From the NCBI RefSeq assembly GCF_009914755.1, contig NC_060925.1: a stretch of 64,000 nucleotides of DNA. One strand, 5' to 3'. The notes below the pieces were generated by a model, which saw nothing but the letters and a program-made list of their open reading frames with translations, was not told the DNA's origin and did no database searches. Positions 12,537-24,810 of this stretch are shown here, in pieces. Each line of letters starts with the position of its first letter. Within the stretch, counting starts at the first letter, position 1. The translations under genes and the position numbers were made by a program. Origin of the DNA: the human T2T-CHM13v2.0 reference genome, Homo sapiens.

Positions 12537-12982
12537 TTTCACTTGCGTCTGTGTGAAGAGACCACCAAACAGGCTTTGTGTGAGCAATAAAGCTTTTAAT
12601 CTCCTGGGTGCAGGCGGGCTGAGTCCAAAAAGAGAGTCAGCAAAGGGAGATAAGGGTGGGGCCATTTTATAAGATTTGGGTAGGTGAAGGAAAAAGGGGG
12701 GTTGTTCTCTGGCAGGCAGGAATGGGGGTCACAAGGTGCTCAGTGGGGGAGCTTTTTGAGCCATTATGAGCCAGGAGAAGGAATTTCACAAGGTAATGTC
12801 ATCAGTTAAGGCAAAGACTGGCCATTTTCACTTATTTTTTGGTGGAATGTCATCAGTTAAGGCAGGAACAGGCCATTTAAATATCACTTCTTTTGTGATT
12901 CTTCAGTTACTTCAGGCCATCTGGATGTATAGTGCAGGTCACAGGGGATATGATGGCTTAGCTTGGGCTCAGAGGCCTGACA
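12537..12982 (-). promoter_or_regulatory. HERV-H 5' LTR (LTR7), promoter/enhancer
   Basis: Abuts the PBS. TATAAAA on the minus strand at 12671-12665. Contains the duplicated CCTTAACTGATGACATT U3 blocks typical of LTR7. Confidence 0.96.
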
Positions 12983-14431
12983 CTTGTAGAGTTCTTTCAC
13001 CTCCTTAGCTAGATGTATTCCTAGATTTATTTGTGGTTATCATAAATGGGATTGCATTCTTGATTTGTCTCTCAGCTTGAATATTGTTGGTGCACTGAAA
13101 TCCTACCACAAAAACACACTTAAGTACATAGCCTACAGGCCCTATCAAGCAACTGCACAATAGAAACTACAAAGCAACAAGTTAATATTCGATATCGGAT
13201 CAAAATTTTATATATCAGTATTATTGTTGAATGTAAATTGTCTAAATTCTCTCCTTACAAGGCATAGAGTGGCAAGTTGAATAAAGGAAAACAAGGTCCA
13301 TCTGTCCACTGTCTTCAAGAGACCCATATTACAAATAAAAACACCCATAGGCTCAAAGTAAAGGGTTGGAGAAAGATCTACCATGCAAGTGGAAAACAAA
13401 AAAGAGCAGGAGTTACTGTTCTTAGGTAAAACAGGATTTAAATAAAAATAGTAAAATAAAAATGACAAATAGGGCATTACATAATGATAAAGGGTTCAAT
13501 TCAACAAGAATACGTAACCTAAATACATATGCACCCAACACTGAAGCACCCAGATTCATAAAACCAGTACTTATAGATATACAAAAAGACTTATACAGCC
13601 ACACAGTAATAGTGGGGGACTTAAAGACCCCACTGACAACATTAGACAGACCATCAAGAGAGAAAAATAACAGAAAAGTTTTGGGCTCACACTCAACACT
13701 TGACCAATTGAACCTAATAGACATTTAGATTACTAAACAAGTAACAGACAATAGATTACTCCACTCATCAACCACAGAATATACATTCTCATCTGCACAC
13801 AACACATACTCCGAGATTGCCCTCATGCTCAGAAATGTGGCCATAAAGCAAGTCTCAATAAATTCAGAAAATTGAAATTATACCAAGCATACTGTTGGGC
13901 CACGTTGGAATAAAACTAGAAATCAATACCAACAATATCTCTCAAAACCACACAATTATATGGGAAATTATATGGAAATTAAACAACTTGCTACTGAATG
14001 ACTTTTGGGTAAAGAATGAAATGAAGGCAGAAATAAAAAAATTATTTTAAATAAATGAAAACAGAGATATGTCATACCAAAATCCCTGGAATGCAGCAAA
14101 TGCAGTGATAAGAGAAAGGATTATAATGCTAAACGCCTACCTCAAAAAGTTAGAAAGATCTCAAGTTAATGATTTAGCATAACACCTAGAAGAACTAGAA
14201 AAACAAGAACAAACTAATGCCAAAGCTAGCAGAAGAAAGGAAATAATGAAAATCAGAACAGAACTGAACAAAATTGAGATCCAATATTTCATACAAAGAA
14301 TCAATGAAACCAAAAGTTAGTCTTTGGAAAAGATAAACAAGATCAATAGACTGCTAGCTAGATTAACAAAGAAGAAAAAAAAGAAAAGAAAGCGGTTCCA
14401 AACAAGCACAATCAGAAATGATAAAGGTGAC

Positions 14432-16737
14432 TGCATAGTCTGTTCTCATGCTGCTAATAAAGACATACTTGAGACTGGGTAATTTATAAAGGAAAGAAGT
14501 TTATTGACTCACAGTTCCTCAGGGCTGGGGAGGACTCAGGAAAGTTACACTCATGGTGGAAGGGGAAGCAAACATTTCCCTCTTCACATGGAGGCAGCAA
14601 GGAGAAATGCAGAGCAAAGGAGGGGAAAAGCCCCTTATAAAACGATCAGATCTTGTGAGAACTCACTCATTATCATGAGAACAGCATGGAGGTAACTGCT
14701 CCATGATTTAATCACCTACCACCAGGTTCATCCCATGACCCATGGGGATTATGGAAACTACAGTTCAAGATGAGATTTGGGTGGGGACACAGCCAAATCA
14801 TATAAGTCCACCCCTGGCCCCTCCCAAATCTCATGTCCTCACAATTAAAACACAATCATGCCCTTCCAACCATCCACCAAAGTCTTAACTCATTTCAGCA
14901 TTAACCCAAAAGTCCAAAGTCTCATCTAAGACAAGGCAAGTCCCTTCCACCTATGTGCCTGTAAAATAAAAAACAAGTTACTTACTTCCTAGATACAATG
15001 GGGGTAAAGGCATTGGATAAATACATCCATTCCAAATGGGAGAAATTGGCCAAACCGAAGGGGCTACAGGCTCTGTGCAAGTCCAAAATCCAATATGGCA
15101 GCCATTAAACCTTAAAGTTCCAAAATGATCTCCTTTGACTCCATGTCTCACATCCAGTTCATACTGATGCAAGAGGTAGTTTCCCATGGCCTTGGGCAGC
15201 TCCTCCCCTGTGGCTTTGCAGGGTAAAACCCCCAACTCTTAGCTGGTTTTATGAGCTGGCATTGAGTGTCTGTGGCTTTTCCAGGCTCACAGTGCAAGCT
15301 GTCAGTGGATCTACCATTCTGGGGTCTGGAGGACTGTGGCCCTCTTCTTAAAGCTCCACTAGGCAGTGCCCCAGTGGGGTTGCTGTATGGGGGCTCCAAC
15401 CCCACATTTTCCTTCCACACTGCCCTAGCAGAGGTTCTCCATGAGGGCTCTTCCACTGCAGCAAACTTCTGCCTGGACATCCAGGCATTTCCATACATCC
15501 TCTGAAATCTAGGTGGAAGTTCCCAAATCTCAATTATTGACTTCTCTGTACCTGCAGGCTCAACACCACATGGAAGTTGCCAAGGTTTGGGGCTTGTACC
15601 CTCTGAAGCCATGACCTGAGCTTTACCTTGGCCTCTTTTAGCCATGGCTGGAGCAGCTGGGATACAGGGCACCAAGTTCCTAGGCTTCAGAGAGAAGTGG
15701 GGGCCTGGGCCTAGCCCAGGAAACCATTTTTTCCTCATAGACATCCAGGCCTGTGATGAGTGGGGCTGCTGCAAAGCTCTCTGACATGCCCTGGAGACAT
15801 TTTCCCCATTGTCTTGGTGATTAACATTCAGCTCCTTGTTACTTATGCAAATTTCTGCAGCAGGCTTCAATTTCTCACCAGAAAATGGGTTTTTCTTTTC
15901 TATTGCATCATCAGACGGCAAATTTTCCAAACTTTTATTCTCTGCTTCCTCTTGAATCCTTTGCCACTTAGAAATTTCTTCTTCCAGATATCCTAAATCA
16001 TCTCTTTCAAGTTCAAAGCTCCACAGATCTCCAGGGCAGGGGCAAAATGCTGCCAATCTCTTTGTTAAGCGTAATAAGAGTCACTTTTGCTTCAGTTCCC
16101 AACAAGTTCCTCATCTCCATTTGAGACAACCTCAGGCTGAACTTTATTGTCCACTTTACTATCAGCATTTTGGTCAAAGCCATTCAACAATTCTCTAGGA
16201 AGTTCCAAACTTTCTCACATTTTCCTCTCTTTTCCTGAGCCCTCCAAACTGTTCCAACCTCTGCCAACCTCTGCTTGTTACCAGTTCCAAAGTCTCTTCC
16301 ACATTTTTGGGCATACTTATAGCAACACCCCACTCTACTGGTATTTTGGGTATACTTATAGCAACACCCCAGTTTACTGTATTATTCCATTTTCACACTG
16401 CTAATAAGGACATGCCCAAAACAGGGTAATTTATAAAGGAAAGAGGTTTAATTGACTTACAGTTCTGCAAGGCTGGGGAGGCCTCAGGAAACTTATAATC
16501 ATGGTGGAAGGGGAAGAAAACATGGCCCTTCCCATGGTGACAGCAAAGAGGAAGGGGAAAGCCTTTTATAAAACCATCAGATCTTGTTAGAACTCACTTA
16601 CTATCACAGGAACAGCATGGAGGTAACCACCCTCATGATTAAATTACCTCCCACTGGGTCCCTCCCATGACACATGGGGATTATGGAAACTACAGTTCAA
16701 GATGAGATTTTGGTGAGAACACAGCCAAAGCATATAG
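14432..16737 (-). mobile_element. Complete THE1D-like MaLR retrotransposon (LTR 16378-16737, internal region, LTR 14432-14805)
   Basis: Two THE1 LTRs flank about 1.57 kb of THE1-int. TSD GTGAC at 14427-14431 and 16738-16742 inside L1 ORF2. Confidence 0.94.
15148..16056 (-). pseudogene. THE1-int ORF remnant, 302 codons open
   Basis: ORF track sequence AFCPCPGDLWSFELERDDLGYLEEEISK...PPRFQRMYGNAWMSRQKFAA matches the MaLR internal ORF. Confidence 0.8.
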
Positions 16738-19700
16738 GTGACACTACAACTAATCTCACAGAAATATAAAAGATCCTCAGAGACTATTATGAACACCTCT
16801 ATGCACACAAACTAGAAAATCTAGAGGAAATGGAAAATTCCTGGAAACACACAATCTCCCCAGATTGAATCAGGAAGGAATTGAAACCCTGAACAGACCA
16901 ATATTGAGTTCTGAAATTGAGTCGGAAATTAAAAATCTACTAACCAAAAAAAGCCCTGGACCAGATGGAGTCATAAATTCTACCAGATATACAAAGAACA
17001 ACTGGTACTAAACTCTACTAAAACTATTCCAAACTCTACTAAAACTATTCCAAAAAATTAAGGAGGAGGGACTCCTCCCAAACTCATTCTATGAAGCCAG
17101 CATCACCCTGATACCAAAACCTAGCAAAGACACAAATAAAAAAGAAAACTACAAGCCAATATCATTGATGAACATATACACATAAAATCTTCAGCAAAAT
17201 ACTAGAAAACCAAATCTAACAGCATATCTAAAAGCTCATTCACCATGATCAGGTAGGCTTCACTCCTGGGATACAAGGTTGGTTTAACATACACAAATCA
17301 TTAAATGTGATTCACCACATAAACAGAATTAAAAGCAAAAACCACGTAATCATCTCAATATTCATGTAAAAAGCTTTTGATAAATCCAACATCCCTTCAT
17401 GATAAAAGCCCTGAAGAATCTAGGCAACAAAGGAACATACTTCAAGACAGTAAGAACCATCTATGACAAATCCACAGCCAATATTATACTGAATTGGAAA
17501 AAACTAGAAGCATTCCCCTTGAGAACTGGAACAAGACAAGGATGCCCACTCCTATTCAACACAGTACTAGAATTCCTGGTTAGAACAATCAGACAAAAGA
17601 AAGCAATAAAAGGCATCCAAATAGGAAAAGAAGTCAAACCATCTCTCTTTGCAGACAATATGATTCCATACCTACCTACCTAGAAACTCTGAAGACTCCT
17701 CGAAAAGGCTCTTGGAACTGATAAACAACTTCTGTAAAGCTTCAAGATACAAAATAATTGTGTCTTTTTTTTTGAGAAATCACTGATGCTGAACACCATT
17801 TCTAAATACCCCACGCTTTCTGGTAGGTCAGCTGTCTGGCTAAGTGCATCAGTTTTCTACAGAGGAGCTCTTGAGGCTAAGCTCACAGGGAGTATGAAAT
17901 GATGGCTCTTTCCTTACTTTCTCAATATGCTTATCAAACAAACAATTTTAGGCCACACCTAACAGTTTGAGGGATCTTGGACTCATTTACTTTTGTTATG
18001 TCTAGCTTCTACCACAGTGTCTCACGCATAGTAGGTACTCAATTGTTATTTATTAAGTGAATAAGATAACTTTTTTCCTTAAGAGTTTACCTGAAATAAG
18101 ACATTTATTTGGAAATTTCTGTCACTGGAAGGTGTTCAGACAAGGCACAGTAATCCAAGTTGAAAATAAACCATAAACTAACCCAGACTGAGCACAATTC
18201 TTAGTGACCCTAGAAACCATCCAGTATTCATCATGCCATTTTTTTCTGGGATATTCTGACAGATGCAGTCTTCCATATTCACTCAAGGCTGATGTGATTC
18301 TAGGCCAACTCTGCTCATACGTGGCCAGAATATAGGATACAGAATAAAATAATTCATTTTCCACTATCTCTCTATATTCGTATTCTCTCTCCTCTTCATT
18401 CCCATTCTTTCACAAAAAATTAATGATGTCAACAATGTTGTGGGCCATGGGAACAGAGGTAGGTACCTACCTTCAAGGATCTTTCAGTATTCAAATTATA
18501 GTGGGAATTAATAGCTTAATGAAATATTATAAATCCTCTGATTAAGAGGTTATGGTAGGTACAATACTTGTACAGCAAAAATGAGATTGTTTTCATCTTG
18601 AAATTTGTAACATGGCATCATGATATCTTTGTAAAGTTTGTAGCACTTTAAAAAAGTCTTAAAATATGAATAGTTATTCTTTAGATATTTCTTAAAGTTT
18701 ATGATTGTGTCACTTTAGAGGATAAAGAAAAGAAAATCAGGTGTTAACCTGTAAATGAGAACTTAAAAAAATGAAAACAAAATATGATAACAAAACATTG
18801 AAAAATATGAAATTGAAAACAAAATATGAAAACAGAAATTGAAAACAAAGTATGTTTAAGCTTATCTCCTTTTAAAAAGTAGTGCATGTCATACTAAGCC
18901 ATCTGCTGCGGACATTTATCAGGTAGACTGTGAAGTAGGAGGATATTCCCAAGCACAGAGGAGGCAATCAGCATGGTGTGCTTTGTGAGCACAAGTTGTC
19001 CACTATGAAGCACAGGTTGGAGGTATAGATGATGCTAGAGATATATCTCTCATTTGCTGATATGGAAAATGCATGGCTTTCTTCTCTCAAATGTCTTTAC
19101 TGCCTATCTGTATCTGAGATTTGAATTTTGGAAGTTTTCGAAGATATTTAATGGCCATTTTCTAAGGTATGGCTATATAAAAATATAAGGAAGGTAGAAA
19201 GGAGAGAATACAATCACAAAATGATAAAATAAAAATTATAAGAATATATTTATTAGCTCTAAGTGCTATTCTCTAAATCTTAAAATTTCTAATGGGGTTT
19301 CATATCATATGGGTTTTTTTTTCCCAAACAGATATTCATAGACAATTTCTACTTGCAAAAAAGCTGTGGGAAATGTCCAACCAAAAGGAGGCTGGAGTGA
19401 AAAATCTGTGGCAGGTTTTTGTTGATGAATTTATTCAGATTACAAATACAATTTACATACTTAGATGCTTATTGTTATTGCAAAAGCCTTTGGAAAAAAA
19501 TATTTGATCCACTATTTAAGATCTCTAATATCACAAATGTCTTTTAAATTGACCTATATCTAACCCTGCCTGTCATCTCAACTCAGCCTGTTCTATTAAC
19601 ATCACATTTTTTTTCTAAATCCATTGCATGGAATTTAGAAATGGAATAGTGTTCAAATAATATGATGAAAAGGGAAAACAAAGAGCCTTCTAAATTGGGT

Positions 19701-20224
19701 TTCCCAAGTGTTTTTTTTTTTTCTCATTGTGCTGTCTTTCTCACATTTGTAGACCCAGTAACACAATGACATGATCATAGTTCATTGGTCATAAAGACTA
19801 ACTCATACTAACCAAATTTAAGTAAACTGATTTTTATTTCATCAGTTCACAATAAGGGATTTTCATTTCCAGCCATTAAGATATCCTTCTTCTACCCAAG
19901 TAAATTCCTACCCAGTTATAGAGTCTGGGGTTGTTGAATTGGCTATTAGGATGTTCATTGATAGGCACAGAATCAGAGAAAGAGAAACAGAAAGTTTGAG
20001 ATAGGTTTTACTCGTCCATGGTGAGGCTCTTCACATCTTCCCTGCTGCACAACTGGTTCCACTTCTCTAGTGAGTAAGAAATGTGTTTGTAAGATTTCAT
20101 GTCTGTTTTCTTTAGCAAGTGTTGAAGAACTACTGCCAAACTCATTCTCTGCTTTTCATTTTTCTATGACTCATAAAGATTGTTTCCACTTTTCTTAACA
20201 CATTTCTTCTTTATGAAGATTTTT

Positions 20225-22343
20225 GTCACCCAGATTTGGAAGTCACATGGTGTAACTTCCACAGTACTCAGTGAGTAGAGGCAGTCACAAAGCCCTACCC
20301 ATGTTCACTAGAAGGGGACATAGATGCCACCACAAAATCACAGGAGACTCAAGATCACATTGTAAGATCACATAATGAGAGATGCTGATGATGGGCATCT
20401 TTGCAAGTATAGTTTGCCACAATCCAGGCTCTGGTCACAACAATTCACGTTACTCTTAGAGGTAAAATGCATCCACCCCTGCCCCAAGATTTCCAAACTG
20501 TAATTCATTACAGCATCTGCTCAAAGCCCAGTATTTCATTATTTAGCTCAGGTCTATGTTCCTTAAATGCAGTTCCTCAAGTACAGCTTCTTCAGTACTG
20601 GAAGGAATTCAGTTCCTCTCAGTCTAAACACTTTTGAACTAAAAGAGACAAATTATCTGTTCTCTACCTTTCTCCTCACTGCCCCAACATATAATTCTGG
20701 GACAGGAATAAGATAACTACTCAAAACCGGGGGATATGATAGACAGTATTCACTGGTTCATAGCAGCTCTAATATGCAATGGGACATATTTTGCCAATTC
20801 TTTGATCAGTCCTATTCCTTGGGAGTTGTTCTCAATATTTCTCAGTTGTGTCTTCTGAGTTTCTCCTTTTCCACAAGAACAGGTCTTTGGTTTCATTTGA
20901 GGAGCCTTTTCAGCCTGCTCTCTGCCTGTAGAATATTGTGAGTACAAAGGTTTCTTCTCATCTGGTACTGTTTCTGCTCTTTTCCATGTGTGATCTCAGT
21001 GCTTGTGCCAAAACATTTTTTTTAAATGTTGTGACTGTTTTATGAATCTTATTACGGTTCATCCCAATTTTAAAAAGTCACAAGTAGAAGTATCTTTAAG
21101 ACTGGCCCTTGTCTATCTTGGAATCACTCAGGGCAGCTACCCACCAAAACACAAGCTTCATATTTTGGTGCAGAGAATCTGCAAGACATTCTCTTAAGCA
21201 CTTGAAAGTGTTTTTGTTTGTCTGAAAGCTTTTATGAGGCACTATATTAGAACTTTCTGAAGTTTTAACAAAATAGCTTATAGTCCCATCCAGAGTTTGA
21301 CCTTTGGTGTGGTCCTTTCTTAATTTGAAAATCATTTCCAACCTGGAAACACTGGAAATGAAAAATAGTCTTATTTTCAAGCCCAACACGTCCTTAGTCC
21401 TTGATATTTATTAACAGTTTTTTTCTTATTCCTCAACTTATTCCTTTCATATTTTATCAAAGGCTTAGAAAGGAAGCCAGGTGACAATTGTAATATTATG
21501 CTAGAAATCTCCTTAGCTATATCATTATATTCAAGAAGCACATGAGGTACATATTCTATTTTTTTTTTCACATTACAGAGGGCAATGGTGTTGATAAACT
21601 CTCCATCATTATGTAACAAGGGACACATTCCTGTATTTGCAGTAGTTTTTTTTGTTGTTTCTGTTTTTGTTTTTGTTTTTTTTTCCATTTAAGCCTTCAC
21701 TTAATAAGCTTCTGGGCTTGAGACCTTCTAAGTATACATTAAAACTCTCCTCAAAGCCATTTCACACATCACTAACAATCTTCTCAAGTTCCTTCCAGTT
21801 TCCGTTCACCACCGCACCCTCAAACCAATACCAGGTGCTTTAGGTTTTTGTCATGACAGTATCCATTTACAGGTATCAAGTTATGTATTAGCTGCTCATT
21901 GTTACATAACAAATCACTCCAAATCATAAAGGCTTAAAACAACAAAAATCATTTATTTGGTTAACAATTCTATAATTTGGGCAGATGTAACTCCTTTTTG
22001 CTCCATGCAGTATCAAACGTGACAGCCATTTTCATGAGGGTTTACTCACTGGAGGCTACTGCCTGCAAGCTCAACCAGGGTTGTCGGTCAGGGACCTTGG
22101 TTGCTCTCCACATAGGTCTCCCCATGTGGTGCTGGGTCTTCCTCCCAGCTGGGTTCCAAGGCTGAGAATTCCAAGAAAACAAAGGGGAAGTATGTGACAT
22201 TTTTGTAATCCTGACTCAGAAGACGCATAACGTCATTTCAGCTGAAATCTATTGGTTGAGAAGTTTCAAGGTCATATTGTTAGAAGAATATGTGGAATGG
22301 AGATAATTGTACTGCCATGTTTGGAAAAAAAACTGCCTGCTAC
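20225..22343 (-). mobile_element. MLT1 (G/H-like) MaLR with internal region: partial LTR about 20225-20421, internal about 20422-21883, LTR about 21884-22343
   Basis: LTR text TGTATTAGCTGCTCATTGTTACATAACAAATCACTCCAAA...GGCTTAAAACAAC and matching LTR ends (...TTGCCACA / ...CTGCTACA) flank degenerate internal sequence. Confidence 0.7.
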
Positions 22344-22877
22344 AATGAGTACTATTGAGAAAGGTCCTGTTTATGGGCCATTCCTGAACTACCTATTCAT
22401 ACCCATTGCCCATTGTAAAATCTTCATTTTTGAATTTTTATTGATTTGTATACATGCTTTGTATATTCAGAATATATTAACCTGGTCTATCATATGTGTG
22501 GCCAATATATTTTTTTTCCTGAGGACATTTCTTTTAATGTGGATTCCAGTGGCTTCTTAACGGGGATACACTGGGATAGGCATCCCCAGCACACATGCTT
22601 GAATTGCGCTGTGGCTAAAATTTATAGGAATATTCAATTCCATAGGGCTCTTATTACATATTTGAAAATAAATAATTCATAAGTTAAAATGAGAACATTA
22701 TACTTGCTTTGGGGTGGGGAAACAATATCATTCTGGGAGGACGTTAAAGGGAAGTATTTCCAAGAGTAAGTAATAAAATATATTTCTTATGTGCGAAAAT
22801 TAGACAGTGCCTAGCACCTAGTAAGTGTTTGTTTAATGGCCAGCTTCCTTCCAAGTTCTCTTTCATCAGCGTTGATC

Positions 22878-23332
22878 TTAGTTTCAGTTCTCCCCAAACG
22901 AATCTCCCAAAAGCATTCACTGGGAGAAGGAGGTGGGTCTAAGTAGTTTATTTGGGAAGGTATTCCAACAAGCAGAGTGAGGTAGTGGGAAGAGGAGACA
23001 GGGAAGAGAGGATGATGTTACACTGGGCTGCCCATGTGGACAAGAGGGACTGTGTCTACTGGGGCTCTTTATAAAGTTAAAAAAAAAAAAAAGAACTCGG
23101 AATAATTGCATCAAGTGATGAGAAAGCTGGAGTACCAGACCATCAGATGTAGCCCCTCACTGGTTGTGTTATTCCTGGGATCATTAACCTATTGGTACTT
23201 CTACCCTTCCATAAATGCAAGTGCTTGAGATAAGAAGTCATGGGCATGGACAGGAACTGCTTATGAAGCCACAGGTGACCTCTGTGGCAGACACAGGTAT
23301 ATGGGCAGGGCTCTGGCCGCATTTATTGCAGT
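22878..23332 (-). mobile_element. ERVL solo LTR (LTR33/LTR16-like)
   Basis: AAGTAGTTTATTTGGGAAGGTATTCCAACAAGCAGAGTGAGGTAGTGGGAAG motif typical of these LTRs. Confidence 0.6.
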
Positions 23333-24694
23333 GATATATTGGATAAAGTGAAAAAGGAAATAACATCTATAAAGATGAAATAACAGAAATGGAGCAAGGA
23401 AAAAAGGAAATCCATTTGTGGAGGAAAGATTAATTCTCCTATAACTTCTAAGAATTATGTAAAATCAAATACTTTTACTATAACTTTGGGGGTCAAATAA
23501 AGAGCTTCAAAAAAGTTTTATATTATCTGAGATGAATGTGTGAATGGGTATATTTCTAAGTCAAAAGTAATGACTTTACCTGAGTTATCTACTTAAAAGC
23601 TGTCTTTTTGAATGAAATAGAAAAAGTATTAGAAAAGAGAATGATGATTTACTACAGAGAGATATGACTCACAAAATGAAAACACAAAATGAAAAAAATT
23701 CATCCTTCCCTTTCCCTCCCTCCCTTTCTTCTTTCTTTCTTTTTGGGAATGTGCAAATCAAAGAGAATGTTGTTGAAAAATGTATACAAAGATAGATTTA
23801 ACCTTCTATAACTTTACCTTTAATTTATAAAGGACCTCTTAAGATAATAACATTCTTATGATTAATTGTTGCCAATCTTTTAGTATTTATTTGACCCCTA
23901 GAAACTGTATACTGTTTACATTAGCTGCAAGCTGCCACAGTTTGATAACCATTCAGTGAAGATCTCCCTGTAAATGATACTAGAATTAACTTAACATACA
24001 GAGTAAAATTAAATGTCAACTTTTATTCCATACTTTTCTTCCATCTGCCAGAGTGATTTTAAATGCCAGCTTTAAAAAGTGCAGAGCAACCAACCGGCCT
24101 TTCAGCGGGGCTTGCACATGGCTGCCTATGGCGTGTGGTGTTCGGGTGTTCTTCTGCACACTGGCTCCCAGCACTGCTGAGCCCTAGCCTGGTGGTGGCA
24201 CTGGGCTGCACATGGCAGTAATCCCTTGTCCATCTGTGCCCTTTCTCTGCCTGGAATAAGATGTTATGGTTGAACAGCTCTGTTTGTCCTTCTTTTTCTG
24301 ATGATTTCTTGAATTTTGTATCTTTGCTATTACATTGGCAAAAGTTCTGCTTTCCTCTTTCAAGAGAATGCTGTATCTTCTCTTTCCTTCTAGACTGCTG
24401 TATTTGTTGGTTGTGAACCAGCATTATACAATGTTATGTTTTGGGATTTGGTGGTAATTATCTGATGAAATATGAAATCCTGTGAGCTAGATCGTGGGAG
24501 AAAACAAGAGTTTAATTTTTAAATTTATCTGTATAAATCAAATAGCCTAACCTGGGATATTAGTAACCTACCTGGAATAAATTACTCACTTCCATCAGAT
24601 TCTAGTATAGCACTGTACATACCCCCTTCACATTACTAAATGATACTTGCTTAATATATATTTACCCCGCTTGTTTATTTTTTAATAGTCCCAT

Positions 24695-24810
24695 TAGAAG
24701 GCAAGTTCTAAGAAGACAGGGACTCTGAATTTCTTCTGTGCAGATAAACATCCAGCATACCTGGTACATAGTAGGTGTTCAATAAACAAATCTTGAATAA
24801 TTAAGTGAAT
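24695..24810 (+). mobile_element. L2 3' end
   Basis: TAGAAGGCAAGTTCTAAGAAGACAGGGAC...CCTGGTACATAGTAGGTGTTCAATAAA. Confidence 0.75.

Larger units (their letters stand above)
7176..12982 (-). mobile_element. HERV-H provirus (LTR7-HERVH-int-LTR7), about 5.8 kb deleted form with partial pol and most of env missing
   Basis: Two 446-bp direct LTRs start TGTCAGGCCTCTGAGCCCAAGCTAAGCC on the minus strand. TSD CTTGT lies at 7171-7175 and 12983-12987. A His-tRNA PBS, a polypurine tract and gag/pro/pol remnants are in the correct order. The flanking L1 sequence resumes exactly across the TSD. Confidence 0.98.
5456..13107 (-). mobile_element. L1PA16/17-like 3' segment (3' UTR and ORF2 C-terminus), split by HERV-H (L1 occupies 5456-7175 and 12983-13107)
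   Basis: ORF2 remnants MSFAAKWMELEAIILSE and [19 protein letters not shown]. The sequence is continuous across the HERV-H TSD. Confidence 0.93.
13108..17757 (+). mobile_element. Inverted 5' segment of the same L1 (inter-ORF region through ORF2 endonuclease and RT), split by THE1D
   Basis: Endonuclease remnant NTYAPNTEAPRFIK...IVGDLKTPL and RT remnant [13 protein letters not shown]...LFADNMI. It ends at about the L1 coordinate where the minus segment starts. Confidence 0.93.

Noticed and set aside
18765-18855. A-rich repeated TGAAAACAAAATA words
   Set aside because: Degenerate low-complexity repeat with no spacer structure or functional signature.
24186-24204. CTCF site (TGCCACCACCAGG on minus)
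   Set aside because: Mismatches at core positions make it too weak to call without ChIP data.
24059-24424. 121-aa minus-strand ORF as a gene
   Set aside because: No recognisable domain and no convincing exon structure. The length is compatible with chance in a GC-richer patch.
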